Assembly (NCBI GenBank): GCA_016933475.1
Contig: JAFGAW010000279.1
Span: 1 to 57,474, forward strand
Direction of reading: 5' to 3'
DNA from: Thermoleophilia bacterium
GTDB taxonomy: Bacteria; Actinomycetota; Thermoleophilia; UBA2241
Length of the DNA: 57,474 nucleotides
Below, in pieces: positions 1 through 9,642 of the stretch. The notes under the pieces are model-generated. The model saw nothing but the letters and a program-made list of their open reading frames with translations. It was not told the DNA's origin and did not search any database. The position numbers and the translations under genes are program-made. Each line of letters opens with the position of its first letter. Within the stretch, counting starts at the first letter, position 1.

Positions 1-702
1 GCCTTCGGCGATACGGCCGGTTACCTCGAGGCGCCGCGCCTCATCGCTTCGGGTGAGGGGTACGGTGCCGAGCTGGCGCTCGGCACCCGCGCCCTCGCCG
101 CCCTGACGGGCCGGCCCGACCTCGCCGCCGAGGTCAAGGGCCTCGAGATGCCGGCGTACGACCCCCGCGGCACGTTCGGCATGGGCCTTGCCTACGCGAC
201 CTCCGACCGCGGGGCGTGCCACATGCGCGCCTTCACCGCCGGCGACGACATACTGGGAGGGTCGGCCGCCGCCGACTCCCTGACTGGGCGAGCCCGGCTC
301 GTCGTCGACCAGCAGGACTTCACCTCCATCGCCTGGAGCGGCGTCTGGTGCGCCAATATGGCCTTCGACCTCGGCTTCCTCGCCGCCCACTTCCGCTACC
401 TCTGGGGGCGCGAGACGACGGCCGACGAGCTGCTGACCGCCGGGGCGCGTGTCTGGAACCTCGGCCGCCTGCTGAACCTGCGCGAGGGCCTGAGCCGCGC
501 CGACGACCGGCTCCCCGAGCGCATCCTCGAGGCAGCTCACCCGGACGGCGGCGCCGCCGGCAAGGTGATCGGAGCCGGCGCCTTCGACGCGGCCCTGGAC
601 GAGTACTACGCGCTGCGCGGCTGGGATCCGGACGGCGTCCCGACCGACGCCACGCTGCGCCGGCTCTCGCTCGACGGACTGCGCGAGGGAGGACGGGGTT
701 GA
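1..702 (+). CDS. Aldehyde:ferredoxin oxidoreductase (tungsten AOR family), C-terminal part; 5'-truncated by window edge
   Basis: Frame open from base 1. Motifs VKGLEMPAYDPRG, GLAYATSDRGACH, DDRLPER and EYYALRGWDPDGVPT are typical of AOR domain 3. Confidence 0.9.
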   Translation, partial: AFGDTAGYLEAPRLIASGEGYGAELALGTRALAALTGRPDLAAEVKGLEMPAYDPRGTFGMGLAYATSDRGACHMRAFTAGDDILGGSAAADSLTGRARLVVDQQDFTSIAWSGVWCANMAFDLGFLAAHFRYLWGRETTADELLTAGARVWNLGRLLNLREGLSRADDRLPERILEAAHPDGGAAGKVIGAGAFDAALDEYYALRGWDPDGVPTDATLRRLSLDGLREGGRG

Positions 703-768
703 GCGACGGCGTGCGCGGCCGGGGCGCGAGGCGCCGTCCTTCGACCGGCGGGTCCGAGGGAGGTCCTC

Positions 769-1920
769 GTGGCCATTGACGAAGCGATCCGGCGGCAGAT
801 CGCCTTGGATCCCGCGCGCTTCCAGCTCACCGGCGAGGCGCCGCGCATGATGGCCGTCGTGACCACCGGCAACGGGGGTCTCGACCGGCTCGACTATCGC
901 GCCGTGCCGCGGCCCGTCCCCGCCGCGGGCGAGGTCCTGCTGCAGGTGCTCGCCGCCGGCGTCAACACGACCGAGATCAACACGCGCCTCGGCTGGTACT
1001 CCGCTGCTGTCGACGGGAGCACGGAGTCCGCGTCCGCGGCCGAGGAGCGTCGGGCGACGGCCAAGGAAGACGGCGGCTGGAGCGCCGCGACCCCCTTCCC
1101 CTTCATCCAGGGCACCGACTGCTGTGGGCGGGTCGTCGAGGTCGGACCGGGCGGCGACCGGAGCACGCTCGGGCGTCGCGTCCTCGTGCGTCCCTGCATG
1201 CGGCTCGAGAGCTTCGGCTCACTGGAGACCGTCTGGATGGGCTCCGACTTCGACGGCGCCTTCGCCCAGTTCGTGCGCGTGCCGGCATCGGAGGTCTTCC
1301 CTGTCGACTGCGACTGGAGCGATGCCGAACTCGGCGCGATCCCCTGCGCCTACGGCACGGCCGAGAACATGCTGGAGCGCGCCGCCGTGGCCAAGGGAGA
1401 GCAGGTCCTCGTCACCGGCGCCTCCGGCGGCGTCGGCTCGGCCGCCGTCCAGCTCGCCAAGCGCCGCGGCGCCGTCGTCACGGCGGTGGCGAGGCCGGTC
1501 AAGGCCGGGCAGGTCGCCGCCCTCGGCGCCGACCGGGTCATCGGAGGCCGCGACGACATCGCCGACAGTCTCGACGACAAGGTCGACGTCGTGGTCGACA
1601 ACGTCGGCGGGCCGGCCTTCGCCGGGTTGCTGGGCTCGCTCCACCGTGGCGGGCGCTACGTCACGTCCGGCGCCATCGCCGGCCCGCTCGTGACGTTCGA
1701 CAAGCGCACGCTCTACCTGAACGACCTCACTCTGATCGGGTGCACCGCGTGGGACGAGCCGGTCTTCCCCACCCTCGTCGGCGTGATCGAACGCGGCGAG
1801 ATCAGACCGGTGATCGCCGCGACCTATCCGCTGGCGAGGATCGCCGACGCACAGCGCGACTTCCTCAAGAAGCGGCACGTCGGCAAGTTCGTGTTGATGC
1901 CCGAGGCGCCGCAGGGCTGA
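769..1920 (+). CDS. MDR-family (zinc-binding alcohol dehydrogenase/quinone oxidoreductase-like) protein
   Basis: GTG start after GGAGG. PFIQGTDCCGRV, VLVTGASGGVGSAAVQLAK Rossmann motif, C-terminal HVGKFVL. Confidence 0.88.
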   Translation: MAIDEAIRRQIALDPARFQLTGEAPRMMAVVTTGNGGLDRLDYRAVPRPVPAAGEVLLQVLAAGVNTTEINTRLGWYSAAVDGSTESASAAEERRATAKEDGGWSAATPFPFIQGTDCCGRVVEVGPGGDRSTLGRRVLVRPCMRLESFGSLETVWMGSDFDGAFAQFVRVPASEVFPVDCDWSDAELGAIPCAYGTAENMLERAAVAKGEQVLVTGASGGVGSAAVQLAKRRGAVVTAVARPVKAGQVAALGADRVIGGRDDIADSLDDKVDVVVDNVGGPAFAGLLGSLHRGGRYVTSGAIAGPLVTFDKRTLYLNDLTLIGCTAWDEPVFPTLVGVIERGEIRPVIAATYPLARIADAQRDFLKKRHVGKFVLMPEAPQG

Positions 1921-1929
1921 TACCGGAGG

Positions 1930-1975
1930 CGCCGATGGGGCGCGCCGGACGGTCGTCCGGCGCGCCCCATCGGCG
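1930..1975. terminator. Perfect 21-bp stem hairpin between convergent genes (bidirectional terminator)
   Basis: CGCCGATGGGGCGCGCCGGAC-ggtc-GTCCGGCGCGCCCCATCGGCG. Confidence 0.75.
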
Positions 1976-2028
1976 ATCCTGCCGCCGACGAACTCGGCGC
2001 CACCGGCGCCGCGCCGCCGACTCCGGCC

Positions 2029-3195
2029 TCAGCCCTTCCAGCCCTGCGCCGCCAGCGCCGAGCCGAGCGCCTCGAGGCACGCGGTCACGTTCTCCTCGCG
2101 GCTCGCGTAGCCCATCAGCCCGACGCGCCAGACCTTGCCGGCCAAGGCGCCCAGACCGGTGCCGATCTCGATGCCGGACTCGCCGAGCAGGTGCCGGCGC
2201 ACCGCGGCTTCGTCGACGCCGTCGGGGACGACGACCATGTTGAGCTGTGGCAGGCGGTACTCCTCGGCGACGAGCAGGGCGAGGCCGAGCTCCCCGAGTC
2301 CCGCGGCGAGCGCGGCGTGGTTGCGCCGATGCCGCTCCCAGGCCGCCTCGAGGCCCTCCTCGTGCAGCATGAGCAGGGCCTCGTGCAGCCCGTAGAGCGC
2401 GTTGACCGGCGCCGTGTGATGGTAGGTCCGCGCGCCCGACGACCAGTAGCCGAGCTGCAGGCCGAGATCCATGAACCAACTCTGGCACGGGGCCGTGCGC
2501 GCCTTCACCCTGTCGACCGCGCGCTGGTTGAAGCTCACCGGCGAGAGCCCGGGCGGGCAGGAGAGGCACTTCTGGGTGCCTGAGTAGACGGCGTCGATCT
2601 CCCACTCGTCGACCCTGACCGGCACCCCACCGACGGCGGTGACGGTGTCGACGATCGCGAGGCAGTCATGGGCGTGGGCGAGCGCGACGAGGGGGGCCGG
2701 GTCGGTATGCGCTCCCGTCGAGGTCTCGGCCTGGACGAAGGCGACGAGGCTTGCCTCGGGGTGCTCACGGAGGGCCGCCTCGACCTTGTCGACGGACACC
2801 GGCGTGCCCCAGTCGTCGTCGACGACGACCGGCACGCCACCGCAGCGCCGCACGTTCTCGAGCATGCGCGCGCCGAACACGCCGTTGCGGCAGACGACCA
2901 CGGTGTCGCCCGGCTCGACCAGGTTGACGAAGCAGGTCTCCATGCCGACCGAGCCGGGTCCCGAGACGGGGAAGGTGACCTCGTTCGCGGTCTGGAAGGC
3001 GTAGCGCAGGAGCTCCTTGAGCTCGTCCATCATGGCGACGAAGGCCGGGTCGAGGTGGCCGATGGTCGGCCGCGCCGTGGCGTCGAGCACGCGCGCGTGA
3101 ACGTCCGAGGGACCCGGCCCCATGAGGATGCGGGCGGGCGGGGTGAAGGAGGAGAAAGTCGCGCCCGGTGCCGGGCCTGCTGCGCTCTTGGTCAT
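2029..3195 (-). CDS. Alanine--glyoxylate/serine--pyruvate aminotransferase (class V PLP)
   Basis: RILMGPGPSDV, QAETSTG, YSGTQKCLSCPPG (PLP Lys), YHHTAPVN, WRVGLMG. ATG at 3195 with GGAGG RBS. Confidence 0.92.
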   Translation of the reverse strand: MTKSAAGPAPGATFSSFTPPARILMGPGPSDVHARVLDATARPTIGHLDPAFVAMMDELKELLRYAFQTANEVTFPVSGPGSVGMETCFVNLVEPGDTVVVCRNGVFGARMLENVRRCGGVPVVVDDDWGTPVSVDKVEAALREHPEASLVAFVQAETSTGAHTDPAPLVALAHAHDCLAIVDTVTAVGGVPVRVDEWEIDAVYSGTQKCLSCPPGLSPVSFNQRAVDRVKARTAPCQSWFMDLGLQLGYWSSGARTYHHTAPVNALYGLHEALLMLHEEGLEAAWERHRRNHAALAAGLGELGLALLVAEEYRLPQLNMVVVPDGVDEAAVRRHLLGESGIEIGTGLGALAGKVWRVGLMGYASREENVTACLEALGSALAAQGWKG

Positions 3196-3247
3196 GGTCT
3201 GCGGTCCTCCGTGATCGGTGTCGCGGCCGTCGCCGACCGGCCGGGTC

Positions 3248-5131
3248 CTATCGTAGTCGCTCGGCGTCTGTGGACGCGCTGTCGAAGGTGGCTGCTGTGT
3301 CCGGGACGGGCGCGGCGTCGGAGGCGGGCGCGACGGCTGCGACGGCCGCCTCATCCGCGGCCGACAGCCTCACGTCGCGGACCGCGGAGCGGGCCGAGTC
3401 GGAGGCGGCGTCGTCGAGCATCGCCTGGGCGGCACGCTCCGCATCGAGGCGCGCGTGGTAGTGGCCGACCTCGCGCTCCACGGCACTCTGGTCCCACCCG
3501 AGCAAGGGAGCCATCAGGGCGGCCACGACCGCGGCCGCCTCGCGGCCGCGGTCGGCCGCCTCGAAGGCGATATGCGTGCGCCGGGTCAGCACGTCGTCGA
3601 TGTGGAGCGCGCTCTCGTGCAGGGCGGCGTAGGCGGCCTCGGCCGACACGTAGCGCTCGGCCCCCGGCAACGGCGCCGCCAGGTGCGGCTCGTCGGCCAC
3701 CAGATCCAGGACCGTCGCCGCGAGGGCCCCGTAGCGCCGCACCAGGTGCCGCAGATGTCCCGGCGCAAGCAGCGGCGCGGCGGGGTGCGATCTCAGCCGC
3801 TCCTCGGCACCGGCGGCACCCACCGCGCCGAGGAGCGGCGTGTCGGCGGTGCGCGTGGCGTCCACGGTGAAGGGCAGGTCGGCGACCGCCGCGTCGACCG
3901 CGTCGCGCGCCATCAGCCGGTAGGTCGTGTACTTGCCGCCGGCGACGCTCACGAGCCCCGGAGCGCTGCGCCGCACGGCGTGCTCGCGCGACACCTTGGC
4001 CGTGTCGTCGTCGCCTCCCCCGAGCAGCGGCCGCAGACCGACGTAGACGGCGATGATGTCGTCGTACGTGAGTGGGTCGGCGAGGACGGCGTTGACGTGG
4101 TCGAGCAGGTACTGGATGTCGGTGTGGGTAGCCGAGGGGTGGTCGAGACCGAACCGCCAGTCGGTGTCGGTCGTCCCGATGATCCACTGGTCGCCCCAGG
4201 GAAGCACGAAGAGGACGCTCTTCTCGGTGGGGATGATGAGCGCGTACTCGGAGTCGATGCGCGCCTTGTGCACGACGACGTGCACGCCCTTCGACGGCCG
4301 CACGACCATCGGCGACTCGACGCCGGCCAGACGCTCCATGTGCGTCGTCCACACGCCGGTCGCGTTGACGACCGTGCGGGCGCGCACCTCGAATTCGCCG
4401 CCCGCCTCGAGATCGCGAGCCTGCACGCCGGCGATCCTGTCGCCCTCGCGCAGGAAGGCGACGACCTCGACGGCCGGGGCGCAGACGGCACCCTGGGCCA
4501 TCGCCGTGCGCGCCAGCATCACGGAGAAGCGGGCGTCGTCGACCTGGGCGTCGTGATAGCGGATGCCGCCGGTGAGCGCGTCGTCGCGGAGCGACGGGAC
4601 GGCGCGCAGGCAGGCGGCGTGCGAGAGGTGACGGTGGCGCGGCATCGCCGGCCGGCAGCCCGCGAGGGTGTCGTAGAGCAGGAGTCCGGAGCCCATGTAC
4701 AAGCGGTCCCGGAGCCCGTGCTGCAGAGGGAGGAGGAAGGGCGTCGGGTGGACCATGTGCGGGGCGAGCTTCTCCACGAGGAGGCGACGCTCGTGGAGCG
4801 CCTCCCTCACCAGCCCGAGGTCGAGGCGCTCCAGGTAGCGGAGCCCTCCGTGGATCAGCTTGCTCGAGCGGCTCGAGGTGCCGGCAGCGAAGTCGCGCTT
4901 CTCGACGAGGGCCACGGAGAGACCGCGGGTCGCGGCATCGAGAGCGGCGCCGCAGCCGGTCACGCCGCCGCCGACGACGAGCACGTCGAAGGTCTCGCCG
5001 GCCAGGCTTTCAAGAGCGCGCCGGCGCTCCTGGAGCGCCGGCGCCACGACCATGGTGCCCTCGCCGACGGGGGTCGCGCCGCTCGGGTATCTCTGCCGTC
5101 GAACGGAGTGAGTCCCGGTCTCGTCGCTCAT
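3248..5131 (-). CDS. glpD: FAD-dependent glycerol-3-phosphate dehydrogenase/oxidase
   Basis: VVGGGVTG, GTSSRSSKLIHGGLRYL, GGKYTTYRLMA, DDVLTRRT. ATG at 5131 lies 7 nt after AAGGAG. TAG stop. Confidence 0.9.
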   Translation of the reverse strand: MSDETGTHSVRRQRYPSGATPVGEGTMVVAPALQERRRALESLAGETFDVLVVGGGVTGCGAALDAATRGLSVALVEKRDFAAGTSSRSSKLIHGGLRYLERLDLGLVREALHERRLLVEKLAPHMVHPTPFLLPLQHGLRDRLYMGSGLLLYDTLAGCRPAMPRHRHLSHAACLRAVPSLRDDALTGGIRYHDAQVDDARFSVMLARTAMAQGAVCAPAVEVVAFLREGDRIAGVQARDLEAGGEFEVRARTVVNATGVWTTHMERLAGVESPMVVRPSKGVHVVVHKARIDSEYALIIPTEKSVLFVLPWGDQWIIGTTDTDWRFGLDHPSATHTDIQYLLDHVNAVLADPLTYDDIIAVYVGLRPLLGGGDDDTAKVSREHAVRRSAPGLVSVAGGKYTTYRLMARDAVDAAVADLPFTVDATRTADTPLLGAVGAAGAEERLRSHPAAPLLAPGHLRHLVRRYGALAATVLDLVADEPHLAAPLPGAERYVSAEAAYAALHESALHIDDVLTRRTHIAFEAADRGREAAAVVAALMAPLLGWDQSAVEREVGHYHARLDAERAAQAMLDDAASDSARSAVRDVRLSAADEAAVAAVAPASDAAPVPDTAATFDSASTDAERLR

Positions 5132-5166
5132 CGACACGCTCCTTGGCCGCGCGTGGCGGTCGCTCT

Positions 5167-5198
5167 CTGGTATGTACCACGCGAACTGGTATGTACCA
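5167..5198. promoter_or_regulatory. Tandem GntR/HutC-type (DasR/NagR-like) operators CTGGTATGTACCA x2
   Basis: Identical 13-mers at 5167-5179 and 5186-5198 in the glpD/FAD-oxidoreductase divergent region. A minus-strand TTGACA is at 5219-5224. Confidence 0.75.
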
Positions 5199-5413
5199 TG
5201 AACCCTGCGCTATGCTCTTGTCAAACGTCGGGCGGCGATCGCGAGCCGACTGGGGAGCCCCGGTCGGCGGCCGAAGGTACCGAGAGCCCGCGGGGGTCGC
5301 CCTCGAGTCGGCGCTCCCCGCGGATCCGCCGGGCGAGCGGTCAACGGCGCTTCGCGCGAGCGCCGCGAGACACGCCGACGATGAGAAGCGCCGCCGGTGC
5401 CCCGGGAGGTCGA

Positions 5414-6772
5414 ATGAAGCACATCGCAGAGCCGGCGAGGAGCATCCCCGTCCTCGCCGAGACCGAGGTCCTCGTCGTGGGCAGCGGCCCCGGCGGCCTC
5501 GCCGCCGCCATCGCCGCGGCACGCGAGGGGGCGCGGACGATCCTGCTCGATCGCTACGGGTGCTTCGGCGGGCTCATCACCCAAGCAGGGGTGGAGACGA
5601 TCGCCTGGTACAGGCACGACCATACGGTCGACACCGAGGGTATCGGCATCGAGTTCGAGCGGCGCGCCGCCGCCATGGGCGCGACCCAGCCGGAGTCCCA
5701 ATCCTGCAGCGAGGCGCTCGACACCGAGCTCTTCAAGCACGTCGCCGACGAGCTCGTCCGCGAGGCCGGCGTCGAACCGCTCCTGCACTGCCTCGCCGTC
5801 GCCCCGCTCGTCGACGACGGCCTCGTCACCGGCGTGGTGACCGAGAGCAAGTCCGGGCGGCAGGCGATCCTCGCATGCCGCGTCATCGACGCCACCGGCG
5901 ACGCCGACCTCGCGGCGCGCGCCGGGGCCCCCTGCCGGGCGACACCTGCGGCCGAGAGGATGGGCGTCAGCATCGTGTTCTCGTGCGTGGGCGTCGACCG
6001 GCAGCGCTTCCTTGAGTACATCACCGAGCAGGCCCCGACCTACGGGGACTGGCGGCGACGCTGGAAGGTCGAGACGACGGGCAAGGAGGACGCGCTCTTC
6101 AGTCCCTACCTCCAGGAGCCTTTTGACCGCGCCCGCGAGTCCGGCCTGATCCCGGCCGACGTCAGGGGCCTCGGCGGCACGTGGGGTCGCCTTACGGCGG
6201 CGGGCGAGGCGACCTGCCTGAACATGGTCTACATCGCCGACTGCGACTGCACCGACGTGCGGGACCTGACGCGAGCCGAGATGGAGGGCCGACGACGCGC
6301 CCTCATGGCGCTCGAGGCCCTGCGGCGCTTCGCCCCCGGTTTCGAGGCGGCGCGGCTCCGGGACTTCGGCATGGCCGTCGGCGGGCGTGACTCGCGCAAG
6401 ATCGCCGGCCGTCACGAGCTCACGGCGGCCGAGGTCACCGGCGAGGCGCGGTTCGCCGACTCGATCGGCATCTTCCCTGAGTTCATCGACGGCTACGGCC
6501 TGCTCGTTCTGCCGACCACCGGACGCTACTTCCAGGTGCCGTACGGGATCCTCGTCCCTCGCGACGTCGACAACTTGCTGGTCGCGGGGCGCTGCGTCGC
6601 CGGCGACAAGGTCGCGCACGCAGCGACGCGCAGCCAGGTGTGCTGTGCGGTGACGGGACAGGCCGCCGGCGTGGCCGCCGCGGTCTCGCTCAGGGACGGC
6701 GTGACCACCGGCGGCGTGGACGTCGCCCGGGTGCAGACGGCCCTCCGGCGGCAGGGCGTGCGGCTCTTCTGA
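5414..6772 (+). CDS. FAD-dependent oxidoreductase (FAD_oxidored/PF12831-like)
   Basis: ATG after GGGAGGT. VLVVGSGPGGLAAAIAAAREG, IDATGDADLA, YFQVPYGILVP, NLLVAGRC. Confidence 0.88.
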   Translation: MKHIAEPARSIPVLAETEVLVVGSGPGGLAAAIAAAREGARTILLDRYGCFGGLITQAGVETIAWYRHDHTVDTEGIGIEFERRAAAMGATQPESQSCSEALDTELFKHVADELVREAGVEPLLHCLAVAPLVDDGLVTGVVTESKSGRQAILACRVIDATGDADLAARAGAPCRATPAAERMGVSIVFSCVGVDRQRFLEYITEQAPTYGDWRRRWKVETTGKEDALFSPYLQEPFDRARESGLIPADVRGLGGTWGRLTAAGEATCLNMVYIADCDCTDVRDLTRAEMEGRRRALMALEALRRFAPGFEAARLRDFGMAVGGRDSRKIAGRHELTAAEVTGEARFADSIGIFPEFIDGYGLLVLPTTGRYFQVPYGILVPRDVDNLLVAGRCVAGDKVAHAATRSQVCCAVTGQAAGVAAAVSLRDGVTTGGVDVARVQTALRRQGVRLF

Positions 6773-6778
6773 CCGCCG

Positions 6779-7567
6779 TCAGCCGGGGCCGTCGTCCACC
6801 GGAGCGGACACGGAGAACTCCGCGCGGTCGCCGCGGTACACGTCGCGGGCGAGCTCGACGACGCCGCCTTCGGTGTCGAACACCGTGCGCGACAGGACGA
6901 TGGCGACGCTACCCGGCACAACGCCCAAAGCCTCGGCCTCGAAGCGATCGAGAGTCACGGCCACGACCCGGGCGTCGGCCCTGACCGGATGGACATCATA
7001 GCGGGCACGCAGGAGCTCCCAGAGCGACCCGGTGAGGTCGTGCTCGAGCAGGTCGGGGAAGCGGGCCGCCGACAGATGGATGTTCTCGATCGCTACCGGC
7101 TCGCCCTTCGCCGTCCGCAGGCGCTGCAGCAGGTGGACGCGGCCACCGGAGGGGATGCCGAGCACCGTCGCCATGACGGGGTCTGGATCGAGCGTGGTGG
7201 CCGCCAGCACCTCGGTACCCGGCGTGCTGTCGGCATCGCTCATCACCCGTGTGAAGCTGCCGACGCTGAAGCGCAGCCTGGGCTCGGCGACGAACGTGCC
7301 GCGGCGGGCGCTGCGGTAGACGTAGCCCTCGCGGGCGAGCGTCTCCAGCGCGTGCCTCGCGGTCATGCGGCTGACCTTGTAGCGCTCGCTGAGGGCGCGC
7401 TCGGACGGCACCGACCCGTGCGGGTCGAGGCGCCCAGCCTCGATCTCGTCGCGCAGCAGCGCTGCGACCCACGAGTACAGCGGGCTCGACCGGGCCGGCC
7501 GGCGTGGTCGACTCCCCAAGCACACCACCCCCCTGCGGACCGCCGCCCGAGCCGCCGACCCGCTCAA
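6779..7567 (-). CDS. GntR-family (HutC subfamily, UTRA domain) transcriptional regulator
   Basis: VPSERALSERYKVSRMTARHALETL wHTH. UTRA C-terminus with SLWELL and DVYRGDR. Start uncertain. Confidence 0.92.
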   Translation of the reverse strand: MSGSAARAAVRRGVVCLGSRPRRPARSSPLYSWVAALLRDEIEAGRLDPHGSVPSERALSERYKVSRMTARHALETLAREGYVYRSARRGTFVAEPRLRFSVGSFTRVMSDADSTPGTEVLAATTLDPDPVMATVLGIPSGGRVHLLQRLRTAKGEPVAIENIHLSAARFPDLLEHDLTGSLWELLRARYDVHPVRADARVVAVTLDRFEAEALGVVPGSVAIVLSRTVFDTEGGVVELARDVYRGDRAEFSVSAPVDDGPG

Positions 7568-7616
7568 CGCTCCAGCCCTTGCCGGGCGGGCGTCGCAAGC
7601 GTACCACAGCCCCTAG

Positions 7617-7630
7617 TGGTACATACCAGT
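7617..7630. promoter_or_regulatory. Third copy of the GntR operator (TGGTACATACCAGT)
   Basis: Exact reverse complement of ACTGGTATGTACCA (5185-5198). Lies between gntR and the ABC substrate-binding gene. Confidence 0.75.
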
Positions 7631-7911
7631 AATCGGGGCCAGAAGGTCTTATCCAGGGGGGCCGCGTACCCGGACTGCATATCTATCACCGAGTATCCGT
7701 GCCATCAGCATTTCATGCTGCTTCGCTGACTGCGTACCGAATCTTCGTGTGAAGATGCGTGAAGATTCTGCTAACTGACCGGTCAATCTCTCTTGCTCTC
7801 CAGCGTTGGAGGTTGTATGGTGCGCCAAATGTGTCGTCAGGGGCGGCAGCCGGCGTGGGGCGCCGCGACCGCCCGCACCGCCGCTCATGCGCGCGCCAAG
7901 GGAGAGCACAC

Positions 7912-9600
7912 ATGACCACCGACCAGTACCGCAGGGAGTACGCCGAGCACCTGATCGAGCAGTGCAAGAAGGGGCATATGACACGCCGCCAGCTGCTGGT
8001 GCGCGCCTCCGTGTTCGGCCTCTCCGCGACCGTCGCCGGCCAGATGCTGGCCGCCTGCGGCGGCAGCGAGGAGGAGACAACGGGCGGCGGCGACAGCGGG
8101 ATGCCCGATCCCGTGATGGGCGGCACCATCAAGCTCATCGGCCCGGCCCCGATCACCGACCCGGACCCGGTCACCATCTACGACCAGGGCGGCATCGTCC
8201 TCGTGTATCAGTTCCTCGAGTACCTGATCGACCTCGACAACAGCAACGGGCTCAAGCCGAAGCTCGCCGAGAGCTGGACGCCCGACGAGACCGGCAGTGT
8301 CTGGACGTTCAACCTGCGCCAGGGCGTCACGTTCAACGACGGCAGCCCGTTCGAGGCCGAAGACGTGATCACCAGCATCGAGCGCGTGCTCGACCCCGCC
8401 AACGGCTCGGGTGCGCTCTCCCAGCTGAGCGGCGTCCTCTCGCCGGGCGGCGCCCGCGCCGTCGACCAGTACACGGTCGAGTTCACCCTCGACAAGCCGT
8501 ACGCCGACTTCCCCTACATGGTCTCGTCGGGCAACTACAACACGGCCATCCTCTCCCGCAACTACACGGGCGACATCGTCAAGAACCCCGTGGGCACCGG
8601 CCCGTTCATGCTCACGGACTACGTGACCAAGCAGAAGGCCACGTTCGTCAAGAACCCGAGCTACTGGGGCAAAGACGCCGAGGGTCGCCAGCTGCCGTAC
8701 CTCGACGGCATGGAGTACGTCATGGTCGAGGACAACTCGGCCCAGAACCTCCAGCTGCAGTCCGGCGCCGTCGACGTGCAGCCGCAGACGGTGTTCCAGG
8801 GCGCCCAGGCGCTCTTCGGCGACCCCAACCTGCGTGTCGACATCTACCCCGGCACGGGCATCCGCGAGGTCGCGTTCAACATGAACGTCGAGCCGTGGAA
8901 GGACAACAAGGCCCTCCGTCAGGCGGTCGCCTACTGTCTCGACCGTGAGGCCATCAACCAGGCTCTCTACGACGGGCGCAGCAACCTCGGCTACGACACG
9001 TTCTGGGAGCCGACGGTGTTCCCCGGCAGCCCGGCGTCGACGCCGCGCGCGCAGGACTACGACAAGGCCAAGCAGCTGCTCTCCGACGCCGGCTACCCCG
9101 ATGGGCTCGACATCACGCTGACGCACGCCAAGTACCTCGAGAACCCGCAGTACGCGCAGCTCATCCAGGACCAGTGCAAGCCCGCCGGCATCAACGTCAA
9201 GCTCGATCAGCTGAGCTACGAGGCCTACTACGCTGGCGACGACGCCGACTACTACGGCACGACGCCGTGGCTCAACGCGCCCATGACGATCACCGAGTGG
9301 GGCAGCCGCCCGGCCCCCGGCATCTTCGCCGCGGCCATGCTGCTGCCGGACGCCGTGTGGAGCTCGTCGCACTGGAACAACCCCGAGTGGGTGAGCCTCT
9401 TCGACCAGTACCAGTCGACGGCCGATGAGGCGTCGCGCACGGACATCGCCGCGCAGCTGTCGAGCATCCAGCAGGACGACACGCCCATCCTGCTGGCCTT
9501 CTACATCACCCAGCTCCGTACGCAGAAGAAGAACGTGTACGGCATCCAGGGTCCCGGGTCGTTCTACTGCGACCTGAGCCAGGCCTTCATGACGGCGTGA
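7912..9600 (+). CDS. ABC transporter substrate-binding protein, family 5 (Dpp/Opp-like); probable Tat lipoprotein
   Basis: TRRQLL twin-Arg motif and LAAC lipobox. LAESW, FNLRQGVTFNDG, GTGPF. Confidence 0.92.
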   Translation: MTTDQYRREYAEHLIEQCKKGHMTRRQLLVRASVFGLSATVAGQMLAACGGSEEETTGGGDSGMPDPVMGGTIKLIGPAPITDPDPVTIYDQGGIVLVYQFLEYLIDLDNSNGLKPKLAESWTPDETGSVWTFNLRQGVTFNDGSPFEAEDVITSIERVLDPANGSGALSQLSGVLSPGGARAVDQYTVEFTLDKPYADFPYMVSSGNYNTAILSRNYTGDIVKNPVGTGPFMLTDYVTKQKATFVKNPSYWGKDAEGRQLPYLDGMEYVMVEDNSAQNLQLQSGAVDVQPQTVFQGAQALFGDPNLRVDIYPGTGIREVAFNMNVEPWKDNKALRQAVAYCLDREAINQALYDGRSNLGYDTFWEPTVFPGSPASTPRAQDYDKAKQLLSDAGYPDGLDITLTHAKYLENPQYAQLIQDQCKPAGINVKLDQLSYEAYYAGDDADYYGTTPWLNAPMTITEWGSRPAPGIFAAAMLLPDAVWSSSHWNNPEWVSLFDQYQSTADEASRTDIAAQLSSIQQDDTPILLAFYITQLRTQKKNVYGIQGPGSFYCDLSQAFMTA

Positions 9601-9642
9601 GGCCGGCGACCCACGACTGAGACGCGGACGTAGGGTCCCGGG

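Noticed and set aside
3455-5413. 1105-aa ORF as a fusion protein
   Set aside because: The N-terminal part is antisense to glpD. The real gene starts at ATG 5414 with an RBS.
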